Shown here: in pieces, positions 27,749 to 35,458 of the stretch
Layout of the letters: each line of letters opens with the position of its first letter
Numbering within the stretch: the stretch's first letter is position 1
Source: a virus
Lineage: Duplodnaviria; Caudoviricetes
Length of the DNA: 41,087 nt
Direction: 5' to 3' (one strand)
IMG/VR virus record: IMGVR_UViG_3300037470_001281
Coordinates: 1-41,087 of that record
Made by a program: the position numbers and the translations under genes
The notes under the pieces: model-generated
Database searches by the model: none
Told to the model about the DNA's origin: nothing
The model's input: only the letters and a program-made list of their open reading frames with translations

Positions 27749-29761
27749 ATGCCCGCCCTCGGCCCGGTCGCGGGTCTCCCGATCGCCTCGCTCTGGGGCG
27801 CCGCTTCCGCCCCGGTTATTCCGAGCGTCGGCCCCGAGAGCTACGAGCCCGCCTCTCCCGTCCCGCGCGGCTACCCGCACGTGAGCGTCTGGAGCGATCT
27901 CGCCTGCCGAGACGGCGTGCCGATCCGCCGGCTGCCGGCGCTGCTCGACTGGTCCGAGCGCCACCGCCTCGAGGGGTTCCTGGTCACCCACCAGTGGAAC
28001 GGCACGATCCCCACCCAGTGGGAAGGCACCACCGAGCTCCTCGAGGGCCGGGTCCTCCGGGTGGTGCGCCGCCCCGGGGACATCCGCGAGTACATCCTGA
28101 CCACCCTCGACGATGGGATCAACACCGGCGGGATCACCACGCTCATGGCGGAGGGCGTCGAGTCGCTGCTCGCCACCATGGGGCGGGTGGCCGAGTCGCT
28201 GAGCGGGTCCGCGCCCTCGGATGTGTTCACTCGGATCCTCGACGCCGCGGAGTCCTGGCTCCAGCTCGGCGTCATTCAGCCCACCGATCCGCTCGATGTC
28301 GCGGACGCGCCGGCAGGTGGCCAGTCGGTCGGGGCCGCGATCCGCCACACCTGCGCGGCCATCCAGCAGCGCACCAGCACCACCTACGAGGTCGCCCTCG
28401 TCCGCGGCAGTGAGACCACCTACTTCCTCCAGGTGGCCATCTACCGCGAGTTTGCCCCGGTGGTGGATCTCCCGACCGGGGTCGCCACGCTCAGCCTCAC
28501 GCGCCGGCGCACCCTCACCACCCGGATGACCCGCGCCTTCGACCCCTCCGCCGGCATGGCGAACAGCTTCTGGACGGTGCTCGATGTGGACGGCAGTGTG
28601 GTGGACCTGGGCGGGCTCGATGGCGGCATCGGCCTGGCCATCGAGGGCGGGCAGTGGGTCGGCGCCTTCATCCAGGACACCGATGGCGACGCGCATGAGA
28701 TCCTCGACGTCGAGGTCCTCACCCCCCAGGTCACGCGGCTCACCCTCGATGGCGTCGGCAGCCTCGCCGAAGGGGACCTGGTCCGCCTGGTGGCGGATGC
28801 CGACGGCGGGGCCATCACCGAGGCCCTGCTCCCCTCGGCGGAAGCCGCCCTGCCCCGACCGATCCTCCGGCCGGTCTCGAGCGGGGCGAGCCCTGTCACC
28901 AACTTCGTCACCAACCCCGCCTTCCGCGACTGGGTCGGCAACGTCCCGACAGGGTGGACCGTGGTCGCCGGCGGCATGGTGCGCTCGACCACCCCCGGCA
29001 CCTTCCTGACCGGCGGTGGATCCGTCCTGATGACGGAGGACGTCACCAGCACCCTGCGGTGGGAGGGGAGCGCGTATTTCCCCGAGGGTGGCCCAGCGGT
29101 CAAGGTGCAGTACTGGGCTCGGGTGCGGGTCGACCGCTGGGTGAGCGCCCTGGTCGGTGACGACGCCTGGGAGGACGTGCGGCTCAACATGGGGGTCATC
29201 GTCATCTTCACCCCCCCCGGCACCTACCAGGTCGTGCAGGGCCCCGAGAATCAGCCTTTCGGCGAGTGGTTCGAGCTGCGCCACGAGCAGATCCTCCCTG
29301 CGCCGGGCCCGGGGCAGTCCGGGATCCGGCGGTTCGGCATCAACTTCACGAACTACGCCGAGACGGTGCAGCCGGAGCCGTTCAGCCCGCTGCCCTGGCG
29401 GGCCCGGCTGTTCGTCGACGCGGCGATGGTCACGGTGAGCCCGACGCTGCCGGGGTTCTTCATCGGCTCCGGCCCCGCCCGCGCCATCCAGCAGGCCAAC
29501 CTCGACTTCCTCGCCTTCGGCGGCCCCCAGCAGTCGCTCACCGTGGATCCGATCGACCTGGCCCGCCTCGACCCCGAAGGCGCCGGCTACTACCGCACCC
29601 TCCGCCTCGGTGCCCGCACCCGGATCCTCGGCCGCGGGCTCGGCGTCGACCAGGAGCTCCGCGTCCTCGAGCACCTGGAGCCGGGTCGCGGCGCCCGGGC
29701 GCAGCTCACCCTGGACACCCGCCCGGCGCTCCTCTCCCGCACCCTGGCCGCGCGGCTCTGA
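27749..29761 (+). CDS. Tail tip/hub (Tal-like) protein with carbohydrate-binding-like insert
   Basis: 670 aa; NFVTNPAF..W..VPTGW; C-terminal IDLARLD..LRLGARTRI...LRVLE. Confidence 0.6.
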   Translation: MPALGPVAGLPIASLWGAASAPVIPSVGPESYEPASPVPRGYPHVSVWSDLACRDGVPIRRLPALLDWSERHRLEGFLVTHQWNGTIPTQWEGTTELLEGRVLRVVRRPGDIREYILTTLDDGINTGGITTLMAEGVESLLATMGRVAESLSGSAPSDVFTRILDAAESWLQLGVIQPTDPLDVADAPAGGQSVGAAIRHTCAAIQQRTSTTYEVALVRGSETTYFLQVAIYREFAPVVDLPTGVATLSLTRRRTLTTRMTRAFDPSAGMANSFWTVLDVDGSVVDLGGLDGGIGLAIEGGQWVGAFIQDTDGDAHEILDVEVLTPQVTRLTLDGVGSLAEGDLVRLVADADGGAITEALLPSAEAALPRPILRPVSSGASPVTNFVTNPAFRDWVGNVPTGWTVVAGGMVRSTTPGTFLTGGGSVLMTEDVTSTLRWEGSAYFPEGGPAVKVQYWARVRVDRWVSALVGDDAWEDVRLNMGVIVIFTPPGTYQVVQGPENQPFGEWFELRHEQILPAPGPGQSGIRRFGINFTNYAETVQPEPFSPLPWRARLFVDAAMVTVSPTLPGFFIGSGPARAIQQANLDFLAFGGPQQSLTVDPIDLARLDPEGAGYYRTLRLGARTRILGRGLGVDQELRVLEHLEPGRGARAQLTLDTRPALLSRTLAARL

Positions 29762-29982
29762 TGTGCGTCTGGTACGCCCTGAACCCCAAGGGCCAGAAGC
29801 TGGCCGAATGTGAGGCGCCCGGCGTGCGCGAGGCGACGATCGTGTTCCTCACCCAGGGCGTGCCCGACGTGGCGAAGGTGCAGTCGCGGATCGCCTGGGA
29901 GATGGACCGCGAAGAGGAGGCGATCCACCGCCGCAACCGGCGGAACAAGTTTCCCGAAGAGGCAGAGGAGAGTGACACGTGA
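29761..29982 (+). CDS. Hypothetical protein (73 aa)
   Basis: TGATG/GTGA coupling. Confidence 0.6.
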   Translation: MCVWYALNPKGQKLAECEAPGVREATIVFLTQGVPDVAKVQSRIAWEMDREEEAIHRRNRRNKFPEEAEESDT

Positions 29983-30617
29983 AACCATTCGCCGTCGGCG
30001 CGATCGCGCTCGTGATCTGGACCGCGCTGGCCTTCGTCGCGGGCCGGTATACCGTCCCCGACCGCACCCAGGAGGTGAAGGACTGGCGGGACAGCGCCGC
30101 GGTGGCCCTCGAGCGGTCCGAGGCCGCCGACAGCGGCCGGGTGGCCGCGGAGGCCCGCACCGGTGCCCTCATCGAGCGGGTCCTGGTGGCGGAGTCGCGG
30201 TTCACCCAGGCCACCGCCCGATCCGCCGCCGCCAGTGCGGAAGTCGCGGCGCTCACCCAGGAGCTCGTCGAGGCCGCGACCCTGGCCGATACCGCCCGGG
30301 TGCGGGGTGTCATCATCGAGAGGCAGCAGACGCAGATCCTCGACCTCAACGCGAGCCTGGGTGATGCCCAGGAGATCGTGCGGGATCTCCGGATGGACCT
30401 GCAGATGGTCCAGGAGGAGCGGGCCGCCGACCAGGCGGAGCTCCGCGAGCTGAGGGCCACGATCGCCCAGGGGCTCGAGGCGACGAAACCGAGCCGGGGG
30501 CGATCGCTCGGCGCGCTGGACTGCGTTGTCGGGCCCGGCGTGCATCGAGACGGGCTCGACTGGGCCTCTGCCAGCTGTGGCCTGTCCGTGCGGTCGATCC
30601 TCGGCCGGCGTGGGTAG
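29979..30617 (+). CDS. Spanin-like protein (N-terminal TM, long coiled coil)
   Basis: TM at about aa 4-22, long Ala/Glu helical region; last gene of late operon. Confidence 0.6.
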   Translation: MKPFAVGAIALVIWTALAFVAGRYTVPDRTQEVKDWRDSAAVALERSEAADSGRVAAEARTGALIERVLVAESRFTQATARSAAASAEVAALTQELVEAATLADTARVRGVIIERQQTQILDLNASLGDAQEIVRDLRMDLQMVQEERAADQAELRELRATIAQGLEATKPSRGRSLGALDCVVGPGVHRDGLDWASASCGLSVRSILGRRG

Positions 30618-30626
30618 GATCCGGCC

Positions 30627-30664
30627 TGTTCACTTCCCCCTGAACTGTTCACGCAGCCCTGAAC
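30627..30664. repeat. Two abutting 19-bp units, each containing GTTCA-N8-TGAAC
   Basis: TGTTCACTTCCCCCTGAAC followed by TGTTCACGCAGCCCTGAAC. Confidence 0.7.
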
Positions 30665-30694
30665 AAAACCGCCCCGGTGATGAGCCGGGGCGGT
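30661..30694 (-). terminator. Intrinsic terminator of the leftward (immunity) transcript
   Basis: ACCGCCCCGG/CCGGGGCGGT stem followed by TTTGTTC on the minus strand, just after the stop at 30701. Confidence 0.8.
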
Positions 30695-30700
30695 CTGCGA

Positions 30701-30904
30701 TCAGGGGACCAGTCTGCGGAGGAGGCGTTCGACCCGGGCGCGGAGCGGGCCAAAGACCGCCTCCACGAAGTGGGCCCTCGCCTCTACGAACTCCTCGATC
30801 TCCGGGGACAGCGGCCGGCGCTGTCCCCTCATCTCGATCGGGCCGAGCCGGGCGATGCGCTCGGGTGTCGGTGGTGCCGGGTTCGGCTCGCCTAGCTTGT
30901 GCAT
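30701..30904 (-). CDS. Hypothetical protein (about 67 aa)
   Basis: Minus-strand ORF ending just before the terminator. Confidence 0.5.
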   Translation of the reverse strand: MHKLGEPNPAPPTPERIARLGPIEMRGQRRPLSPEIEEFVEARAHFVEAVFGPLRARVERLLRRLVP

Positions 30905-31084
30905 GCATGAATCTACCCGAGTTTGAGCCGACGTTGATCCTCCCCTGCTATCCTGGCGGCTCACTCCCACCAGGAGCCGCCGGTGCCACGCCTTTCCCGA
31001 CTCACCCTGCAGGACCTCCGCGAGGCCGAAGCCTGGGCTCGCACCCTCTACACCGGTGTCATCCCGCGCACCGGGGGGTGGGGG

Positions 31085-32023
31085 TCAGGGCTGTCGCACC
31101 CAGGGCCCGCAGCCGCTCGTCTCGAAGCCGACGTCCGTCGGGGCGATGGTGACCACGCGCGGCTCGGCGCCGAACTGATTCGCCACGATGTCGGTCAGCT
31201 CACCACTAAACCCGCGGAGCCGGGCAGCATAGCACGAGGTTCCTGTCCCCGTCGATGACCAGTTTCCGGGGGTGACCTCGGTCGGAACCATGTACACCCC
31301 CTGGGGGAGCGGCGCGGCGGGGTTCGCCCGGACTCCCCCTACCACTCCTATCCAAGGCGCACATCCGCTGGAGCCGAACGCGAGGTCCGTCGGGGCAATC
31401 GCGACAAGGCGGGGCCCCGCGCCGATGTCGTTCGCGATGATCTCCGCGAGCGTGCCACCCGTCCCATTGAGCCTCTCCCAGTAGCAGAATCCGTTCTGAG
31501 ACGTCAGGCTCCGATAGAGCCCGGGCGGCACCTGCGTGCCCACGTAGCGCGTGCCGTTCCCGAAAGTGAACGGGGTCACGGTGATTGCGGCGAAACCGTC
31601 TACCCCCTCACTGGTGGCGGTGACGGTGGCCACGCCGATGGCCACCCCAGTGACCAAGCCACTGCCTGAGACTGTCGCCTGCCCCTGGGGCGCAACGCTC
31701 CAGGTCACGACGCGGCCGACCAAGGGGGCGCCGAGCGCGTCCCTAGGGGTTGCGGTGAGCTGCCCCGACTGCTGCACGGGGACGCTCAGGTTTGCCGGGC
31801 TTACGAGCACCGACGCGACCGGCGCCGGGGGAGGCGGGGGCGGTGGTGGTGGCGGCGGCACCGGCGGTGGAGGCGGTGGAGGCGGTGGTGGCACCGGTGG
31901 AGGCGGAGGAGGAGGAGGGGTTGGTGGAGGCGTTGCTGGGGGCGGAGTCGGAGGCGCCGGGCCAGCGGGCTCGGCCGGGCAACCCATGAGCAGCCAGACT
32001 GAGAGGAGCATCAGGCGAGCCAT
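31085..32023 (-). CDS. Lipoprotein: poly-Pro stalk, Big_2 Ig domain and two GxYxV..PGxY repeats (lysogeny/superinfection-exclusion candidate)
   Basis: GGAGG RBS; lipobox LMGC; PVASVLVSP...QLTATPRD...VTWS...GLVTGVA.G.ATVTATSEG; repeats PGLYR..CYWERL..IIAN and PGNW..CYAARL..IVAN. Confidence 0.85.
   Translation of the reverse strand: MARLMLLSVWLLMGCPAEPAGPAPPTPPPATPPPTPPPPPPPPVPPPPPPPPPPVPPPPPPPPPPPAPVASVLVSPANLSVPVQQSGQLTATPRDALGAPLVGRVVTWSVAPQGQATVSGSGLVTGVAIGVATVTATSEGVDGFAAITVTPFTFGNGTRYVGTQVPPGLYRSLTSQNGFCYWERLNGTGGTLAEIIANDIGAGPRLVAIAPTDLAFGSSGCAPWIGVVGGVRANPAAPLPQGVYMVPTEVTPGNWSSTGTGTSCYAARLRGFSGELTDIVANQFGAEPRVVTIAPTDVGFETSGCGPWVRQP
31829..31960. repeat. GGN triplet low-complexity repeat encoding poly-proline on the minus strand
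   Basis: Repeated GGTGGAGGC-like units. Confidence 0.8.
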
Positions 32024-32144
32024 CGGCACCCCTCCAAGATTGAGCCCACGTTGACGATCAGGCCGCACCTTCCCCGCCCCCTAGCGGCTGTCAGCCGGCC
32101 GCCGTATACTGACTACTTCGGCATCTCTTCGGGAGCGTCAACCC

Positions 32145-32486
32145 ATGGTCCATCTGTATTTCCGGGTGAAGGGGCCGGTCGCCGGCCTCCCAGGCACCAC
32201 CGCGGGACAAGTCCTCTGCATCTACATCGGCGCCGAAGAGAACGCCGCGATTCGAACGCCCTTTCACATCCCGGAGGGGAAACTGTATGGGCTGATCGGC
32301 CATGCACTTGTTGGCGGCACCCTCGACGACATCACTCCGGACCCGAAGCCCCACGCCGTTTCTGAGGCGTTGCGCCAGGCTGTGGGCGCCCCGAACCCAG
32401 TTTATCAACGTCGACTCGGTCCAGCTGAACCTGCTCCTCCCCTGACGTTTCGCCGCTGGCGCCGGGCTCGACTGTCTCTGGTGTAA
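32145..32486 (+). CDS. Possible antisense gene (113 aa) overlapping the repressor 3' end
   Basis: GGGAG RBS, TATACT at 32105-10, globular-looking N-terminal ~80 aa. Confidence 0.45.
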   Translation: MVHLYFRVKGPVAGLPGTTAGQVLCIYIGAEENAAIRTPFHIPEGKLYGLIGHALVGGTLDDITPDPKPHAVSEALRQAVGAPNPVYQRRLGPAEPAPPLTFRRWRRARLSLV

Positions 32487-32832
32487 GCCCCCGTACCGCG
32501 CGGCCGGCGTCTCTAAGTCCTGCCTGATACCCGACCTCATACTCGCGGACCACCGTTCCCGGCTTCACGTCGGGCGCCTCCATCGGTCCATCCTCGGTCA
32601 GGATCCAGTGCGCCGACCACCCGGAGCGCTTCGCCACCCTCGCGATCTCCTGTGACCCTGGCGTCCGCCACTTCTTCGGATCGGATGACATCGCCCTGCT
32701 CACGGTCGCTTGTGAGATGCCAAGCCGTTGCGCTGCAACGGCTTGCTTGATCTTGTGCTTCTTCAGATAAGCCTGGATCACCACGGCCCAGCGCCGCCGG
32801 ATCTCGGCAACCTCAGAGTTGCCTATTGACAC
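32332..32832 (-). CDS. CI-like immunity repressor, XRE HTH
   Basis: IKQAVAAQRLGISQATVSRAM...TPG..IARVA...SAHWILTEDGPM; divergent from early operon; GTG start inferred; no S24 peptidase domain visible. Confidence 0.85.
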   Translation of the reverse strand: MSIGNSEVAEIRRRWAVVIQAYLKKHKIKQAVAAQRLGISQATVSRAMSSDPKKWRTPGSQEIARVAKRSGWSAHWILTEDGPMEAPDVKPGTVVREYEVGYQAGLRDAGRAVRGLTPETVEPGASGETSGEEQVQLDRVDVDKLGSGRPQPGATPQKRRGASGPE

Positions 32833-32854
32833 GGCTTGCCACGGTGCATAACTT
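32826..32854 (+). promoter_or_regulatory. Sigma70 early lytic promoter (PR-like)
   Basis: TTGACA(32826-31), 17 bp, TAACTT(32849-54) in an AT-rich island. Confidence 0.75.
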
Positions 32855-32887
32855 GGCAATGTGAATTGTTGTGTATCACATAACAAT
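32836..32887. promoter_or_regulatory. Candidate operators
   Basis: TTGCCA-N12-TGGCAA (32836-59) over the -10 box; near-palindrome ATTGTTgTGTatcACAtAACAAT (32865-87). Confidence 0.55.
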
Positions 32888-32902
32888 ATAGGACTTAACG
32901 CC

Positions 32903-33100
32903 ATGCCTGACGAGACCGAGGCCCCCACTTCAGCCCCCGAGACGCGGGTGCATGCCGTCCGGTGGGACGTGGCCGAGCTTGAGCGCTTCGAGGCGGCCGC
33001 CAAGGCCCTGAGTGAGCGCGAGCACTTCCCCGTGACCGTGACCGACATCATCCGCCGCGGCGCTCGGCGCGAAGCCGACGCGATCCTCCAGGCCGCCTGA
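32903..33100 (+). CDS. Cro-position regulator, ribbon-helix-helix-like (65 aa)
   Basis: RVHAVRW strand, ELERFEAAAKAL helix, TVTDIIRRGA helix. Confidence 0.7.
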   Translation: MPDETEAPTSAPETRVHAVRWDVAELERFEAAAKALSEREHFPVTVTDIIRRGARREADAILQAA

Positions 33101-33101
33101 C

Positions 33102-33539
33102 ATGCCGGTCAAGTTTGCGCCGCCCCGCCGTCGGGTCGACTACTGCCACCGGGATCCAGTAGTTCTGGCATTCGCGGACATGGCGCGGATCCGCCGGCCG
33201 GGCGCGGCGCACCAGGTGCTCTGGGGCCCGGCCGGGATCCGTTCCCGGGCGCCGCACGCGATCACCGCCTTCCTCCAGAAAGGTCCTGACCGGCTGGCTC
33301 ACTGGTACGCGCCGATGCGGGTGGCCATGAGTGGGGTCGGCGCCCTGCCGCTAACCCCATGCCTTGAGCTCGACGTCGCGCTCCTCGATGCCTCGGACGA
33401 CGTGGCCCGGATCGAGTACCAGCGCACCCGCACCGACAACGCCGCCCGTCGCCTGGTGGCCGCCATCGATCGCACCATCGAGAAGCTGCTGGCGTACCGT
33501 CGATCGCTCGTGACCAAGCACCGGCTGGAGGGACAGTGA
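33102..33539 (+). CDS. Hypothetical protein (CII position)
   Basis: ORF in early operon. Confidence 0.6.
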   Translation: MPVKFAPPRRRVDYCHRDPVVLAFADMARIRRPGAAHQVLWGPAGIRSRAPHAITAFLQKGPDRLAHWYAPMRVAMSGVGALPLTPCLELDVALLDASDDVARIEYQRTRTDNAARRLVAAIDRTIEKLLAYRRSLVTKHRLEGQ

Positions 33540-33862
33540 GCATCCAACACCTGGCGCTTTACCTGGCGGCCATCCTCGCCATGAACTTCCTCGCGCGACG
33601 GATTGACAGGATCCTGAGCTGCCAGGAGGGGGCCCTTCGCCAGGGGCAGCGGCGTCTCCTGGCGTCCCAGGCGGTCTTCAACCGCCGGCTCGACAAGCTC
33701 CGCGCCCAGGCGGATGCCGAGGAGGAGGAAGACGAGTACGGCTGCCAGGGCGGGCGCCCGGCGCCGCAGCCGATCGGGCTGCAGATCCTGGGCGAGACCG
33801 ATGCGGCGATCGCTGAGGAGCTGATTCGGCAGACCGGGCCGCACCGTGGGAGTAGGGCATGA
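33536..33862 (+). CDS. N-terminal-TM hypothetical protein
   Basis: GTGA coupling; hydrophobic N-terminus. Confidence 0.6.
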   Translation: MSIQHLALYLAAILAMNFLARRIDRILSCQEGALRQGQRRLLASQAVFNRRLDKLRAQADAEEEEDEYGCQGGRPAPQPIGLQILGETDAAIAEELIRQTGPHRGSRA

Positions 33863-34032
33863 TGACCCTGCGGTGGGTTGGGGTGGCCCGTGAGCTCGCC
33901 CCGGGCGCCGAGATCAGCTTCGGCATCATCCTCGGCCTGATCGGGTTCTGCTTTGCGGTGCTGGCGATCCTCCTGGGGCGGCCCTTCGTCGAAGCCTACC
34001 GGCGCTGGCGCTCGATGCCGAGGGCGCGGTGA
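33859..34032 (+). CDS. Single-TM micro-protein (57 aa)
   Basis: Hand translation ...ISFGIILGLIGFCFAVLAILLG...; ATGA/GTGA overlaps. Confidence 0.65.
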   Translation: MMTLRWVGVARELAPGAEISFGIILGLIGFCFAVLAILLGRPFVEAYRRWRSMPRAR

Positions 34033-34184
34033 GTGCGTGGCTGTCGGCCATGGCCTGGCTCCTGGGGATCATGGCGCTCGCCTTCGCGCTGGCCTGGGGG
34101 CTGGTCTCGGTCGTGATCCGCTATCTCGAAGACCGGTCGGGGCTCTGGCCGGACGATCCGACCGCTGGGGGGCCCCGGCCGTGA
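34029..34184 (+). CDS. Single-TM micro-protein (51 aa)
   Basis: MSAWLSAMAWLLGIMALAFALAWGLVSVVIRY...; GTGA overlaps at both ends. Confidence 0.65.
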   Translation: MSAWLSAMAWLLGIMALAFALAWGLVSVVIRYLEDRSGLWPDDPTAGGPRP

Positions 34185-34411
34185 CCGAGCGTCTCTGGAC
34201 GGTGCCCGTCGGCACGACGGCCGAACGCTGTCGCGGCACGGGCTGCGACGCGGTGCTGTATTTCGTCAAGACGAAGAACTCCCGCATGCCCATCGACTGC
34301 AATGGTCCGGAGGGTGTCTCGCCGACCGCGGCCAGCCCCGGGCAGGGAATTCCCCATTTCGCTGTGTGTCCCGACGCCGATCGGTTCCGCTCCAAGCGGG
34401 GGGCCGCGTGA
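34181..34411 (+). CDS. Small Zn-binding phage protein
   Basis: CRGTGC..LYFVKT...MPID...HFAVCP. Confidence 0.75.
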   Translation: MTERLWTVPVGTTAERCRGTGCDAVLYFVKTKNSRMPIDCNGPEGVSPTAASPGQGIPHFAVCPDADRFRSKRGAA

Positions 34412-34647
34412 CCGCCACCGCTCCCCTCACCAACGGCGGGGTCCGCCACCAGCTCGCGACACAGATGCAGGATGGCATCCGCCACGCCGAGGCACGGATC
34501 CGGACCTGTACGGAGGAGATCGGCAAGATGCAGCTGTTGAAGGCCCAACTGGCGACGTCGCTGGTGGCGCTGGGCATTACCTACGAGGCGGCGCCGGAGC
34601 CAGAGCCGGCGCCTGGGACCATCACCGTCCACGATCCGAGGGACTGA
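34408..34647 (+). CDS. Coiled-coil hypothetical protein
   Basis: GTGA coupling. Confidence 0.6.
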   Translation: MTATAPLTNGGVRHQLATQMQDGIRHAEARIRTCTEEIGKMQLLKAQLATSLVALGITYEAAPEPEPAPGTITVHDPRD

Positions 34648-34649
34648 CC

Positions 34650-34865
34650 ATGACCACGGCGACCCTGCTCTCTGCGGATCACCGGAACAAGCTGAAGGCG
34701 CTCCGGGCTGCGGCGGATGATCCCACGGACCCGATCTTCGAGGCCGCCGTGGCGGTGCTGCAGCGGTTCGAGGAGCTGAAGGAGCGGGGATACGACGAGG
34801 AGATCGCGCTCGACAAGGCCTACCGCGAATGCAACCAGACGGTCGGCGACACGGGGGGCGCGTGA
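34650..34865 (+). CDS. Hypothetical protein (71 aa)
   Basis: GAGGG RBS, ATG at 34650. Confidence 0.65.
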   Translation: MTTATLLSADHRNKLKALRAAADDPTDPIFEAAVAVLQRFEELKERGYDEEIALDKAYRECNQTVGDTGGA

Positions 34866-35149
34866 GCGCGGTGACCGCGCCGGTTGCGGGGCCGCTCCTG
34901 GCCGGCGTGCAGCCTCGGCCGGCCTGGCGGATCCGCGCCTTCGTGCCGCGCGCGCGCGGCCGGCCAGGCGGGAGCGGGGCGGCGGTCGCGACCGCCTGCA
35001 TTCGGATCCCGGAGGGGCTGGCCTCGACGCCGGAGGGCGCGATCGCCTTCGCCCGTCAGTCGAAGCGGTTCCGGGAGGCGATCGCCATGTTGCCGCTGAA
35101 CTGTTGGCGGGCGTTTCCCGTGACGGAGCCCGCGCCGCTGGTGTTCTGA
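34862..35149 (+). CDS. Hypothetical protein
   Basis: GTGA coupling. Confidence 0.55.
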   Translation: MSAVTAPVAGPLLAGVQPRPAWRIRAFVPRARGRPGGSGAAVATACIRIPEGLASTPEGAIAFARQSKRFREAIAMLPLNCWRAFPVTEPAPLVF

Positions 35150-35193
35150 GGAGCAGACCGTGTAGGAAGCCCCTCCCCCAGGGGCGATGAGGT

Positions 35194-35288
35194 TCACCAG
35201 TAGCTCAGTCGGTAGAGCGGCCCGTGCCAGGTAGGACAAGCAGCAAGTGGCGCGCGGAGGGTCCCGGGTTCGATGCCCGGCTGGTGCG
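35194..35288 (+). ncRNA. tRNA-like RNA 1 with expanded anticodon arm
   Basis: Acceptor CACCAG/CTGGTG; D arm TAGCTCAGTCGGTAGAGC; T arm CCGGG-TTCGATG-CCCGG; about 9-bp stem plus 18-nt loop in place of the anticodon arm; no encoded CCA. Confidence 0.8.
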
Positions 35289-35359
35289 TGGGTGTGTCGG
35301 GCGAGGATGTAGGCCGTTTGATCAAGCGAAGCGGAGCGGCGAGGGTTCAGCAGGAAGGT

Positions 35360-35458
35360 TCACCAGTGGCGCGATTGGTAGCGCACCCGCAGCCAAGGCC
35401 GCGAGGCCGAGATGCAAGGATGTGCGGGGGGTTCCAGGTTCGAGTCCTGGCTGGTGCG
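35360..35458 (+). ncRNA. tRNA-like RNA 2 with expanded anticodon arm
   Basis: Same acceptor; D arm TGGCGCGATTGGTAGCGC; CCCGCA/TGCGGG stem enclosing 31 nt including GGCC-GCGA-GGCC; T arm CCAGG-TTCGAGT-CCTGG; no encoded CCA. Confidence 0.8.

Noticed and set aside
25583-29761. Diversity-generating retroelement acting on tail fibres
   Set aside because: No reverse transcriptase and no TR/VR repeat pair seen
30163-30453. Nested o-spanin (Rz1-like)
   Set aside because: No hydrophobic signal peptide or lipobox
30627-30664. LexA/SOS box
   Set aside because: GTTCA-N8-TGAAC matches neither GAAC-N4-GTTC, GTTC-N7-GTTC nor CTGT-N8-ACAG, and no promoter is adjacent
35194-35458. Calling these canonical tRNA-Trp(CCA) genes
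   Set aside because: G rather than U at position 33, no 7-nt anticodon loop, copy 1 lacks a canonical 5-bp anticodon stem, and inserts are far too short for group I/II introns
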